Below, piece after piece: positions 19,590-33,365 of a stretch of 41,441 bases of DNA. The stretch spans positions 1 to 41,441 of the forward strand of contig MU006045.1 of assembly GCA_010093745.1 (NCBI GenBank). Direction: 5' to 3'. Below the pieces are notes generated by a model. It had not been told where the DNA came from. It made no database searches and worked only from the letters and a program-made list of their open reading frames with translations. Position 1 is the stretch's first letter, and each line of letters begins with the position of its first letter. The position numbers and the translations under genes were made by a program. Source of the stretch: Piedraia hortae CBS 480.64. Taxonomy: Eukaryota.

Positions 19590-22500
19590 TGCGTGCCTTC
19601 TGCTTTAGGTAATTTAATTTCCGCCTTTGCGAAAATTGTTAGTAACACTCTCGGTTTGGTTGTAATAGGATCTACTGGATATGAGGACCCCTTAGGTTGA
19701 TTGGCAAATCATGCGAATCTTGGGAATGGAGGGCAGTGGTGACAGGACTCAGCCTCCCTGAAAATCCACTCGTGTTCTTTCTCGGAAATGCTTCCGCCAT
19801 TCCGTCCCTGCTTAATTGGGTGGGCGTGACGTAGACTATGAATTTGATTGGTCGGGCTACAATCGAATGACAGCGGATCGATCTGGCCCAAGGATTTGAT
19901 CAGCTATATCAAAAATTTACTGAGTTAACGTGCCTGCAGATTCGTGGAGAACAAATTGCAGACGCCTGAACGCCGTTATCAAGAGAGATTTGACACATCG
20001 AATGTCCGCTATGAAGACCTGACTGGAACAATTTGCCAACTTTCACAGAGTCAAATTATTGCATCGTGATGCATCCCAAGCTTGCCAGAACGTCAGTCTA
20101 GGATCTAGTCTCTGGATTTTGCATGAGATGACAACCCAACACCTTCACGGTGTTTCCAGTACTCCTTGGCGTTGGCACTTTCAATATAAACTCTGTCCCC
20201 AGGCGAAATTGGATCTACGTTGTGCTGGGTTACATTTCCTTTGGTTGTGAACGAAGCTCGGGCTCCTAGAATGACAGAGATCTAGAGACGTCACTCACCA
20301 ACTGGTTTTTAACGCGCACATACCAGGGGCAGATCCCACGAACATAATTCTCAGTTAAGTACGGGCGTTATCATTATGACCATCCCAAACCCAGAGGCAG
20401 CGAATAATTTATTGTAGAGTGAATCTACTCTTTCCAAATTCACTCCCGCCCAATGGACGGATTCACCCATTTGGACCATATGAAATATGTCATCTTGTCC
20501 GTCATCAACCATCTTCAATGTACAAAACCTCCGAGCTGTACAGACCGTAAAACCTCTGGATCAACAGCAGTCTATTCAGATGACTCTCAACTCACTCACA
20601 CATCAGGGACCCTATGAAGGTCCACCAACATTACACAATCCCAGCGCGAAAACCCTCGTCAACCTGGTATTAGCAAGAAAGCAATCGTGAAGTATCATCA
20701 GTCTATTCGACTTCAACCGACTCGGTCTCACCTTTTACGGAAAGTCTACCAGCCGCATTATCACCAGACCCAAGGCATGAGATTTTGCACATCTAATCCC
20801 TCAATTCACCAATAATAGAAAGAAGATTACGCCAAACGTCCCCCGCAATGTTCAAGGTTTCCTCATGCAAGTTATCTAACCAAAACCAGAAGACGCTGAA
20901 ATTTCCGTTCACTTATATTGGTGACGGCTGATGGGCAGGATAAGACGTCGTGTCGCTGATCTCAGAGGCTATGTAAGTCGTTTCCATCGCTTCCGTCGTA
21001 TCATACCCTATGCCGTGAGATTTCCAAGGCACAGATGGGCTATTTGATTACTATGAGACTTGACCTCACAAAGCCCGAAATTCGAATAACTCAGGGTGTT
21101 GAAGTATAGAAGAGAGATGACGTGCAATACGATTCGAGTGGCTTCTTGATTCAGCGACTGATGTTTTTTCCATGGAAAGAGAAAAATCGCCGCGGGAGGA
21201 ATCACCCCCATAATTATCACCGACTGTTCTGAAGATCCTTTCACGTGGATCGGTATTGGATTGAAGGAATTTTTAGGGAGACTTTAGTATCATGAAATGG
21301 ATTGACTCAAACGACAGAACTTCATGCCTAAGAACCATGAGGCGGAGTCAGGGTTATCACTGCAATACCCAAACATAGAATGATTGAATTGGTATGTGAA
21401 GGGCTGCACCTGGCCTTGGGCCGACCAACTTACAGCCTACTCTGATTCAAACTGCTAACTTTCACCATCCTCATCGTCCCCAAAAGAACATCTATCCCTC
21501 TATTCCCTCTAACGATAATGAATGCTCGTCCGAGTGCAATGGAAAAAAAAAGGCCAAGACCCCACGATCGTGTACCACCTCTAACCTTCACACCCAATCT
21601 CCCACGGTAACTCAGCCCCAGACATGCTACTCACACCCCAGAGACAACACAACCATCTCACCAAAATCCAAGAAATTTACAAAACCCACACCCATTCGCC
21701 CAAAGAAACCGTCTTGGTACAAGATATAGTTCGACACGAACATATGCGCAAGTTTTATCCCAAGATAGCTACATGTAAGTAGTCTAATAATACCCATTTC
21801 CCAGCTCGATCCACCATATCCTCAGCGCAAAAGCCGCATAGGTCGGCTGGCCTGCAGGTGAGCCCGACTAGGTTCTTCGTGTCTGGCTTGGAAGACGGAC
21901 CATATGGTGATCGAAGTCTTGCCTCAAGATTTGAGCAACCCACTACTAACCTCCCGTAGTTCGAACTTGGCCTCATGTCGGAGCGCCTGGCTGGTTGGCT
22001 TCCCGACTATGCGGTTGTATGTGCCGAATGTCCGTGAGCACAGCCCCAGCAACTTCGGCCTCATTTTACGAGGTACCGGTGCGGGACTGCATTTGATTCA
22101 AGGCTCCTTTATGCCAAGGCGGGAAACAATTCTTCAATGCGGCGAGTTTCTTCACGCCAGAGTGATCCTCCCGATGCATTTGATTATGCTGTGGTGTTCG
22201 TTCCCAGCACAGCCAACCCAGCAAAACCGAATGAACGGGTCAGGGTGAGGTCACGTTCCCACCAAAAAGGCTTGCTTACTGCGTCAAAAGGCAGTGTCGA
22301 GGCTAGATGAAGCCGAGCCAGAAGCTGGTAGATGAAGTACCAACTTGTGGGGAAAATGATGCAACAGTGATGCCAGTGACCGTTGCAGAGCTGCGCAGGT
22401 CTCTATGGCAGGCCTACGTTTGCTTGTTTTCCATTAATGTATGGGTCGTAGCTCCTAGTTGGGCTCATCCCTGGACCCCCATGGGCATTAGACGGCCCAA

Positions 22501-23111
22501 GGGTTACAATGCGGAGGTGTTGCTGAGTTCAACGAGACTCTCAGTCAACAGCATCTCCACACCTAAGAATCTGGTAACATCATCGCAGAACACTTTCTAG
22601 TGTCCGCCTTCGCTGTTTCAAAGCAACTGGCAAGAAGATAGAAAGGCGTACAATTCCTCCAGCGGTTACGAAAGACATCACCAGCGAATCAGCACATACT
22701 ACAAGGGTACAGGCGAGCCTTTCACACCCTATTCGTTCTTTTGTGTCGGCAACTCTGGTGAGAATAATTGACGAAACAGCCGAAAGAACGGATCCAAGGA
22801 AATCTCTCACCGGGGGTTCTTCAAACCCTAGAAACCCAAGAAAGTAATTGATAGCTAGAGGAAGAGAGATTAGCTACGCGGTCGGGAATTTTCACGGGAA
22901 ATATCGATGGGGGGTTTTATCGTTCCTTTTGCGCTGTTCTGTATCGACGCGGGAACGTTCCTCCGTGGGTTTAGACGTGAATTATCTTTTTGCTGTGTAG
23001 GGAGAGGAAGGGATTCAGGAAAAGGGAAAGTGGATTGTACCACAACTGCACAACGGAAAAGGACACCCCAGCAGGACATAAAACTTTTCCCTCATTAAAC
23101 CATAAACACGA

Positions 23112-24287
<1,176 letters not shown>

Positions 24288-24343
24288 TCAACTTTTTGCG
24301 CCCGGGCATCGGCGTCAATCATTACGTCTATTACACGGTGACG

Positions 24344-26273
24344 TCAGACCATAGCGTGATACAGCGACCGGCCGGCTGCGGCCATCATAGCCGGCCGGAT
24401 TGAGTCTAGTTCACGCGTTCGTCGCCGGCCGCGAAAATCCTCCTCGTCAATCTCGGCCGCTTGCCGGCTGTCTTCGGGATAGTATGAGCTGGCGACCGAC
24501 ACCATAGACGGCTTCGGTCGCAGCGGCGTCTCCGTCTTCATCAGGCTGTCGACGGGAGAACGTGGGCCGTCGAGGTCGAATTGGAAGTCGGCAAACCCAT
24601 TCTGAGGCTCAGTGTACGTCTCAGCAACGATGCTGCGTCTCTTTGGTGTCGGACTCTCGTGCACGACGGGCTTGGCCGGTTGCATGCTGAGCCGTAACGG
24701 GGCGGGAACCATCTCCTCGTCAACGGGCAGATCTTCATAGATTGATTCCACATCAAATTCCCACGGAGCGGCAACGCTTCCGGCTGGAACGCAGAGCGGA
24801 TACGACGGTGTTTGGGTGTCTCTGACCTCGGCCGGCGCCTGCATTAAGCCGCGCAGTGTCTGGAGCGTGCAGTAGATCAGCAGCCAGCGGACTTTGCGTC
24901 CCTCAGCCATGCCCAAACGTTCCTCCAGCTTACCCTGTTCGAAGCGCTGATACTCGCTGATCAGCGGCGACGCCTCCGACTTCTCATCCAGCTCGTTGAC
25001 GGCCTCCGCCAGCGGCTGGCCCGACGACCGGTACATCTTCTCCGGCACGCGGGACTTGTGTCGCTTGAATAGACTGAAGCCTTTGCGCGGCTGCTCCTTG
25101 GCCGCAGCCGTGGCAGGAAGCAGCGGCAGTAGGTATGGCATCGATGTGTAGCCCATTCGGCGGTCAAAGGCTTGAACTGCACGGCCAACGTTCCACTCGC
25201 CAGTTTGCGCCGCGTTGTTCGTGTTCTTGATGTAGTCGTATAGCGCTGCAAAGTCTTCCAGCATCGACGCCCACCGTTGCTTGGTCCATGTCGAAGCGTC
25301 TTGACCCCAGCAGTGGCCCATTCTGACGTTGTAGTGGTAGTGAAGGCTCCGACGGAAGCGGCTGAGATGATTTCTGGCCGACCGCGACGCTCCTTCCATT
25401 TCCGGCACCAATTCTTGTTCCAGGAACTTTCCCACCGAGCGTGTAGCTGCTGAAATGCGTCGATCCATGTCCGAGTATGCCCTCGTGATCACCGACTTTG
25501 TCTCGTCGCTGATTCCCTGAACACGGCTTAGATCCAATCGCTTGTACATTCCCGCACAATGCACCACCGCCTCCACCCAAAGACTCCTGATTTGCGCTTG
25601 CTCGGCGAGGATCAAGCAGACGACAGCGCGCTCTGGGCTCTCGGCCATGTTGTCGTAGCCCTGGTGGGTGCAGTAGGCCAAGAAGCGACATTGCGCCATG
25701 CCTTGATCGTCTTGCCAGTCACGCATCCGCTCAATCAGGTCGACCAGCGCCGCCTCTAGACTATCGCCGACCACCGGCTTTCCAGCCAGATAGGCAAAGT
25801 AGTTCCTCGTCGTCACGTGGTATGCATAAGCGTCTGCCTTGGCAAGGCTGGGCGGCGCTGGGATGTACAACTCATAGGGAAATCGCTGGATTGGACAGAC
25901 GGGAGACGAGGCATAGCCGCTGTCTGAGAAATCGTCGTCGCCGTCTTCACTTCCCTGCAAACTGGCCGCTGCCGGAAAGCGTAGACAACATTGTGCCAGA
26001 TATGAGCTCTGCAGTTCCTCAGCATGGTCGAGGCGGAGGCAGAAACTGGGTCCACGGCGCGATGTACCACGCGCGTACAAATGCACGATGCAGTTTCCGT
26101 CCTTTGCCCAAAGCGTCTCGTCCTTTTTCGTTAGTGAAATGTCCACAGAGAGCCGTAATTTAGGATCGCACCTTGCGCAAGGCATCCCAAGTGCCGTCCG
26201 ACACAGTATCAGAATGCAACGCCGAGTTCATGCTTAGCCTATGCGTGTTGTCCCAGTCTGTTACGGCCGCCAT
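24344..26273 (-). CDS. Conserved Pezizomycotina hypothetical protein (possibly DUF8004-like); exons 26273-26172 and 26122-24344 (about 626 aa)
   Basis: Long ORF with LWAKDGNCIVHLYARGTSRRGPSF, YHVTTRNYFAYL and EGRKVRWLLIYCTLQTL...EVRDT...YPLC. A 49-nt intron (GTGCGA...CTAAC...AAG) gives WDALRK|DETLW. The start codon and the family label are less certain than the gene itself. Confidence 0.8.
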
Positions 26274-26659
26274 GACCGAATGGACGGAGAAGAGGAGGAA
26301 AAAGCAAACGATAAGTCAGTTCTACATATTTCTCGAGTTGAGGCCCGGGACCGAGCCTTGTTCCGGATAAATCTACATTGTGGCGCGAAAACGAACGCCC
26401 CCCGAGGAAAAAGGAAGGGCTGAGCAAGCCGAAATCTTCCAGGTGAGGTCGTGACGGGCCGAGCCCTGTGGCTCGTGTGGAGTACAGGCTGGGGTAATCT
26501 GTGGGGCAGCGTGGCGCAAGTGGGCCCCGCGCATGAGAAACAAGGATTCGCCTTGCATGTGATGACACCTCCATCGGGGTTCATCCGATGGAGCCTTGCG
26601 CGTCGCCGGTCACATGAAACCAGCCTTGTTAGCATTCCACCACGTGGTTGCTGACTGTA

Positions 26660-26686
26660 TAGTAGTAGTAGTAGTAGTAGTAGTAG
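26660..26686. repeat. (TAG)9 microsatellite
   Basis: Nine perfect TAG units. Confidence 0.95.
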
Positions 26687-27699
26687 CAGTACTCTTCCCA
26701 TGCCTGTTGTCGATCCTGTTTGGATATTCGTAGTTTCAATGACTTTGGTACAACCAGGTTGGATTCTATAACGCAGCTTAACCACATCATGTACGCAGCG
26801 AAACATGCTACTTGAACCGCAACGTCTATACTGCGTGGCAATAATACCACGCCCTTCGGTTCAAGATAGCAGTGGATACATGAGAAGCAGCGATTAACGC
26901 TGCAACAGAAACGTCTTATCGCAAAATGATTGCAAAGCGTACCTGCTAATGTCAAGTTGCAGAGTAGAACAATGCTATTAGCTGGCAATTATCATTCTCC
27001 TCGATCGAATCACGCTCGTCCATCAGGGAGCATGCGTCTTATCTGTCCTCAGGCCAAGCAAAGTGAAGGACGAGCCTCTACGTGTCGATCCTCAATGTCC
27101 ACCCCAATCGCAGCGGATTCACTCCCTCCCATCTTCTTCTCAAAGCATCCCATTATGCTGTCAGCACCCCTGACCCAAAGGCATATCGATAGACCCCGCA
27201 TACATGTTTCATCTAAATTAAATCCCACCTAGATACGCCACAACCTTCCAATCCCATGCCTAAGCTTTCCCTCGGCGTTATTACCCTTGACGACAAACCG
27301 GCCAACGCACATGGGCAGGGACTGACACATTTTTGCCTAATTCCCATCCCCGAGCTTCACCAAAACGAACATCAGTCTAATCCACCAATTTGATAAGTTG
27401 CCAAGCCACCGCCGTTTATCAAATACTAATAGGCGGTTTCGTTGAGTGTCATTAATTGGTGCACTGATGAGTCGTTACGAACCTCCTGTGGATTTCGTAA
27501 TGTGAACTGGTGAGAAAGCGTACCTGTCTGGAAAGAGGGTGGCTAGAGAGTGTTTACACGCTTTGGATAATTGCTGATTTTGAGACAACAAACGACTCTC
27601 GTTCACTGCTCAATATTGGCGTTCATATATCAAGGTCTGGATATGCAAATTGATCTCAAGCTTAATCGTAGATGCGATCCTCTTCGAAGCGTGGAAGTG

Positions 27700-28871
27700 A
27701 AGACCATCGATGGCATTGGCTCTGAGCTCATCTGCCCCATCTTCGGTCATCCAGGCCGGTGTTTGCTCGCTGATGCATAATCACCTGATTTAGGCTTGCC
27801 AGCAAACATGGTCAGCTTTAGATCTTTCTTAAGGGATATCAAATAAGGTCGATATTTCAAGCATCATTGATATTTGGTACAGCGTGTCCCTACAAAGTCA
27901 CCTGCTGAACTCGCTTCGGGGGCTGATGAAGGGCTTTCACCCTTGAACCATCCGCTTAAATGCCGCTGACAAGGTTCCAACTCATTGAAGCTGCAACTTG
28001 ACGAGCAGTTGGATCTTCTGGTAGATCAAACGTATACCGGAGGAAGGCGCGAACTATTGCCCGAAAATCGAGTCACACTTCCTCGCGCAAGAGCCACTCA
28101 TAAACTTGACATGTCTTTGAGCAGTACAAAGCATCGTGGCAGCGCCCACACTTTTTCAAATCAAACTCCAAAGAGGATCGACCGCAACGAAAGCATTTCC
28201 CCGCCCCAGAAGTCCCAAATGCATATACTTCTCCAGGATAGGAAGCGTGAGCGATTACATTGTCAACTACCTCTAAAAATTGTTAGAAGCATTAAGTTGA
28301 GCTTCTGTCGAACGATCAACGACCTTTAGTTCCTCTGGGAGTTTGCGTCGGGTAGTTGATACTCAATGACCCGCGCCAGATCATCGTAAGCCGTTGTCCA
28401 AGTCCACGGAGCAAATTTGTATGGCGGAACCAGCTTGCCAAATCCAGGTTGCGGAACATTCTGAGGGTTTGCGAACGTGACTAGTAGCAAATGTGCAGTA
28501 ATCTCTGCGATTGATTCTACCAAAGCCTTGGATGGAAAAATTTTGTCGGCAACACAGCAGCTTCTTCGCTTCCGACATGTGCTGCATAAATTTTGATGCC
28601 GGCTTTGAGATACACAGCCCGAGTGGCAAAGATTCATCGATTGGGGGCGCTGGTTATAAGATATTAGTTAGGAACGACATCTTGGTCAAATGCTGGCATA
28701 CCCGCTGGGTCTGTATTCCGGCCGCTGCAGACCATTCAAAGCCTCCAAGATTTTTCCACGTTCGTTCTTGTGAAATCTCGTCGGCTTGGGTAAGGATGGC
28801 TCGTAAGTAGAGTCAGATGCTCCGGAGTCTGACTCTGCTTGTTGGTGTAATTCTATTGTAGTTGGTTTCAT
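27700..28871 (-). pseudogene. Pseudogene of a MYND zinc-finger protein, paralogue of 32031-33365
   Basis: Exon 1 ...LNGLQRPEYRPSG, then a 52-nt intron (28701-28650), then APNR*IF. After a frameshift comes LLLVTF...FAPWTWTTAYDDLARVIEYQL, and in another frame the MYND finger CFRCGRSSLEFDLKKCGRCHDALYCSKTCQVYEWLLREEV* (about 28195-28073), then PEDPTARQVAASM. The 3-prime limit is approximate. Confidence 0.8.
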
Positions 28872-29394
28872 TGTAGTTAGTTACATTCTAGTTGTAAATC
28901 GCTCAAGGTTAGTCGTTAAGATGTGGAATGAAGTGTCAGTCCGGAGAGAGAACAGAGGAGTCTTTATCGTGGTTGCCTCCACATTCACATTATGCAGGAC
29001 ATTGTACTTAACGCGTCAGCAGCAAAAGCCCGGACACATATCAATCTCACCCGGCCTGTTAACAACTCCCGAGGCGAAAAGTAGTCGTTAACGGTCGTGG
29101 CCATTTTTCCATCGTGGAGCACAGAAGTAAACATCATTCAACACGAGGGTACAATAACGTTTGGTCAAAGAACCAGTTATACATGTATCATTCCAAGGTT
29201 TGAAGGTTTAAGGTTCATCCGCATAACTCCCGTCCGGCCCGTCGGATCTTCCCGACGTGTTAATCTGAACGATTCCGCTACAGAGGGTTGAATTCCTTCT
29301 AAGACAATTTGTAGAAGATCACCAAAGACAGTAAGCTCACAGTGGGGAAAAATCATGTGAGACGGTAAACCCTCTCATGCAGTATACAGCCAGG

Positions 29395-29670
29395 CCACCT
29401 CTGCCAGCATAGATAGAGGTCGAGGCCTTTTGGGGTTTTTATCTCTCTGGAGGAAGTTTTCCCTGGGACGGATCATCGTCTCGTTCATGTTCTTGCATGT
29501 TTCGATGACGTTGACTTGGCGAATGCGGCTAGACTGAGATAGAGTAGAGAAGGTTTCTCCGACTTCACTTCATAGAGCTGTAGACATCTACACCCACCTT
29601 TTGGTCAGAGCCAAGCGCACACATCTGTCTTTGGTCCACGTTCCGCCATACAACTCGGAGGCTTGCCCTT
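29395..29670 (+). repeat. Dispersed repeat, uninterrupted copy (partner about 36725-36909 plus 37179-37280)
   Basis: ggaagttttccctgggacggatcatcgtctcgttcatg... and tagacatctacacccaccttttggtcagag... align with 36784 onward and 37188 onward. 29581-29643 vs 37188-37250 match at 55 of 63 positions. Confidence 0.85.
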
Positions 29671-30775
29671 CCAACAAATCATAGCGACAGACTCTCACTG
29701 GTAAATACCTGAAGACCATTCCCGCCCGTTCTGGCCCGTGCTTCTAAACAATTTCCTTTCTTAGCCCCATAGCCCTTCATGGTCTTTTCCAAGGTCCCGT
29801 GGTCGAAGCCATATGTTCCAAACAGCTAGCTCCCAAAAAGTTAGTTCTCCGGCTGAACGAAAGAATCCCCCATGTATGAAAAAGTCCCGGTGGAGAAGAT
29901 ACTCATGCCGTGTAACTCCGTGCACGTTTGCTAGCATCTGCCATTCCTCGTGAGCTTGGGCTGGATGTTCCTCCAGTGCCCAGCCGACGAACCTAGCTAA
30001 TCGCAAGGCCTTGTCCTACTTCCAGTATCAGAGTGGCAGTGCTTCACTGGCGATAAACAGCAGAGTTTCCTGGTGCAGCTCGCACCAGAATAGTGCATGC
30101 CGTCAGCCCGAGCAGTTTTGCAGCAGTCGGTTTGCTTCAGCAGAGCAGTGCAGTCAGCCGCATGTCCTTGAGCAGCTGTCTGTAGCAGTGCGTTCAATGC
30201 TCTGTGTATCAAAAAGAGTGAAGAATCTTGATCCCGTACATGCCAATAGGTGTGCAGCCCTCTCGTAACCCTCTTTGCCTTCACCAGTTATTGGGACGTG
30301 TCGTTCTGGCTCATTCTATTCATTCATACGGCTTAGAGAAAGGAGCCTGAATGCTCCACCGCAGGCTTTTGGAGCGACTCAAATCAGCTCGCCGTGTTAT
30401 GGACTGTTCGCCTGTCAGTATCGGGAATTAGTACTTCGCATCCATGCATCGATTTTGTAGGAATCATTAGTGAGATATTGTCGAAGACGAAACGGCGATG
30501 TAGTCTCCTTGCCATCTGGTCGATTGCACGGAAGGCAGAGCACTCAAGGGAGTCTTATGGTTGGTCGTACACATTTGTCAGCAGCTTGTAGTTCCGGTAG
30601 CATTCCTCAATCTACCCAGGAGGTCAAGAGACCCGCTCTCGTGCTAGCTGCTCATGGCAACGAGCGCTTCGTTTAACACCATCTTCTGACGTTGAAAATG
30701 CCTATCAATGAAGTCTGCGCTGCTCACATGCTCAGATTTTCCAGCGCTAGCAGGTTTGCAAATGCTGGTAGGTCT

Positions 30776-30922
30776 TGTTGGCATGAAGTCTCGTTGCTAC
30801 CAGTGTACGATACCACTGCGCGACACCTTCTTACACAGCAGCTGCACCCTAGGTTTTGTCCTCACAGAGGTTTCCCTCAGGGTCATGTCGTACGTGACAT
30901 GATGAATGCGCCCTGCTACTGT
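30776..30922 (+). repeat. About 147-bp dispersed direct repeat, copy 1 (partner 38538-38683)
   Basis: tgttggcatgaagtctcgttgcta...gaatgcgccctgcta. By manual alignment there are 8 substitutions and 3 single-base indels versus copy 2. Confidence 0.93.
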
Positions 30923-32030
30923 TTGAGGTGAGTCATGGAGTAAGGCTGCATGCTGACGGTCTTACTGCATGTACGACCACTTGCTTACGGCCATACGATT
31001 GATGACTCTTCATACGAGGCTACGCACGGGCCTTCAAGCCCAGAATATATTTTCTGGTGCCCCCTCGTAGACACACTAATATTCACTCATAAACACATCT
31101 CTTCCCTCTATCCATTTTTCTCGTTCACACATACCATCTGTTTTCCAGGTCTAATTTATCGTCATAGATTAGGTAATTTGTTGCTGCTATTCTAATTCGT
31201 GATCAACTAGCAAGGGAGTAAGGGCAGTAGTGAACATGCGAAACGTCCGAGCCGGCTAGTGAACGTCTCCACCCTGTCTCTGTCTGGGTTTGTGACTGAA
31301 AGACGGCAATTAACTGGCATCTTTCCGCCCAATGCGTCAATCTTGTCAAAGTAGAAACGTTACCCCCCCCTTTCATTTTGGGCGTAGTCGATTGATTGAG
31401 ACTGGCTGGTGCTACAATCTCTAAGAGTGCTGCCTTTAGTCCCTCTCAATATTCCGGAGCGGAATACGCAACATGGGTCATGTCTTCCTTTTCCAGACCG
31501 CCGACGGCAGAAAGTGCTTCCAGGGTTCTTGTCCAAGTTCATTCTCATCTTCAATGGTCCGGCTTCACTATCGCCATTGCCGAGAAGTTTGTGACTAAGA
31601 GGACATTGAGAACTTGCGCGGAGGGGTTCTCTGACTTCCTTTCCGGTTCTGGATGTCGTGTCATGATTGCTAAGCACGGCGCGGGCTTCGCTGCTGGCTC
31701 GTTCAAGACGGGGCTGTGAAGGGAGTTGGAAGGTCCAGGGGCTGACTGATCGGACAGCGCCGTGGCGTGCATTTTCATCGTAGGCGTGGGATCGCAAGCT
31801 TGTGTATCCTCGTGAGAGGATGATGATAGTGGAAGAGTTGGATGATTGGGCCCGGCGCCGCCAGCATTGGCTGTATTTGCAAAGCAGCGACGTCACGAGA
31901 CCGATTTGAACTTTACTTTGATTGATAGTTGATCGCCGGCGGCGCGAAAGCAAAGAGGGAGCAATGAAATGGTAGATACAGAGCATAATCACAAAAAGGG
32001 GCAGCTGTACATATCGCACTATGGAGTCAC

Positions 32031-33365
32031 CTAGCTTTTCCCTTCGATGCGCTTGGCCAGATCTTCCATATAACTTAACTCCTCCTCGGGGATCTCCATC
32101 TCCTCCGGCCCCATGCAATTGACTGCCATGTAGTAAGTCAAAAGACCACTCAGTTGCGGCCTCCCAGTATTTTCAATGACGGAAATAAACTGCCGCTGGG
32201 TAAGCCTCTTTCGACCGCCCAAAATTTCCCGCACATGATCTTGTACTTTTCGTATTGCCAGTATATCCTGCATCTCGGGGATAGTCGGCGGATTCATGTT
32301 GGCTGGGGGCTGAGGCTGTTTCAGCAGGGTATCAATGCGCGCATAATGCTTCTGAAAGGGCGACCCTGGAGCTGGTTCCAACTTGAGATGAACACGCAAG
32401 TCTTGCACACAATCACCAAGGGGCGCTTGCCAGAATGGGCCGAAGAGAGCCTCAAAATTTTCTGCTATGTCGTTACCAGTCATTATCATGCGGCGTAGGA
32501 CAGGCCTGTGAGTATGTAAACAATGACAACAAGACTGCGGCTCAGACTTACAAGAGCTTGGGAGGAGCATCGTAATCGACTGGTAGATCAATGTTCATTT
32601 TGGCCGCCAGTTTTTGGGCCTTGGGGTAGAATTTCGCCCGCGTCGTAAAGAACACAATAATGTTAATGTGGGAGTCTCGTTCGTTGCAGACGTGCTTATG
32701 GCGAGGCCAATCTTCCTTTTGACAAGCTCTCGAGCAGTAGCCATCGAAGACGCAACGTTGACAATACAACATGTTGAAGCCATTCTGAAACTCGGGTTTG
32801 CCGCAATTCTTGCACACCGGACGCAGGCGGGTTGATTTAATCTTCCCATGGTCCTCATCTTTGTTGAGGTCACGCGGAGGTGCGCTGTAACAGATATGGA
32901 GCACATGGTAATACATCACGGCGTGAGGATCTGTGGGGAAGCCAATGACCTGTAAAGATGCGGGAAGTTTAAACTCCCGCAAAACCTTCTCCATATCGCT
33001 TTTGAGCTCGGTTTCAGGCGTCGACCAGGTATATGGAATCCATTGCTGCCCTTGTACAAACAAGTCCAAGAGAATGCGTACGGCGCCCTCGGCCCTTTTC
33101 TCAGGCGTTTCTAGGCAAGAGATTGGGACTGGCCCGGCATAACCGGTGGCCCCGCTGCGAGGATTGGTGGCAAAAACGAACTCGCAGTCACCACAGTTGC
33201 GTGCATTGGTGAACCCGAAGACCCAGTGGTTTGGGAGGCTGCGTTGTCATCATAAACGGGCTGTCAACCACCTAAAACCGACACTCACCCAGAATCGAGC
33301 ATCAATGGCTGTGGCAGCTGCTTGAAGCTAGCAGCCCTACAGGCGATATCCTTGCGGATATCCAT
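32031..33365 (-). CDS. MYND-type zinc-finger protein; exons 33365-33289, 33238-32552, 32505-32031 (412 aa)
   Basis: MYND finger CKNCGK...CQRCVFDGYCSRACQKEDWPRHKHVC. Two GT-AG introns (50 and 46 nt) join the separate ORF-track pieces into one frame: MDIRKDIACRAASFKQLPQPLMLDSG|LPNHWVF... and ...APPKLL|PVLRRMIMTGNDIAENFEALFG. Confidence 0.87.

Noticed and set aside
26261..26806. ORFs with poly-Leu or poly-Tyr runs
   Set aside because: Artefacts of the (TAG)9 microsatellite.
30983..30996. gcttacggccatac resembling a 5S rRNA 5-prime end
   Set aside because: The downstream sequence shows no 5S similarity or internal control boxes.
31360..32118. 252-aa minus-strand ORF
   Set aside because: Overlaps the MYND gene end in another frame and has no recognisable motif. 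It may be decayed coding DNA, but I cannot support a call.
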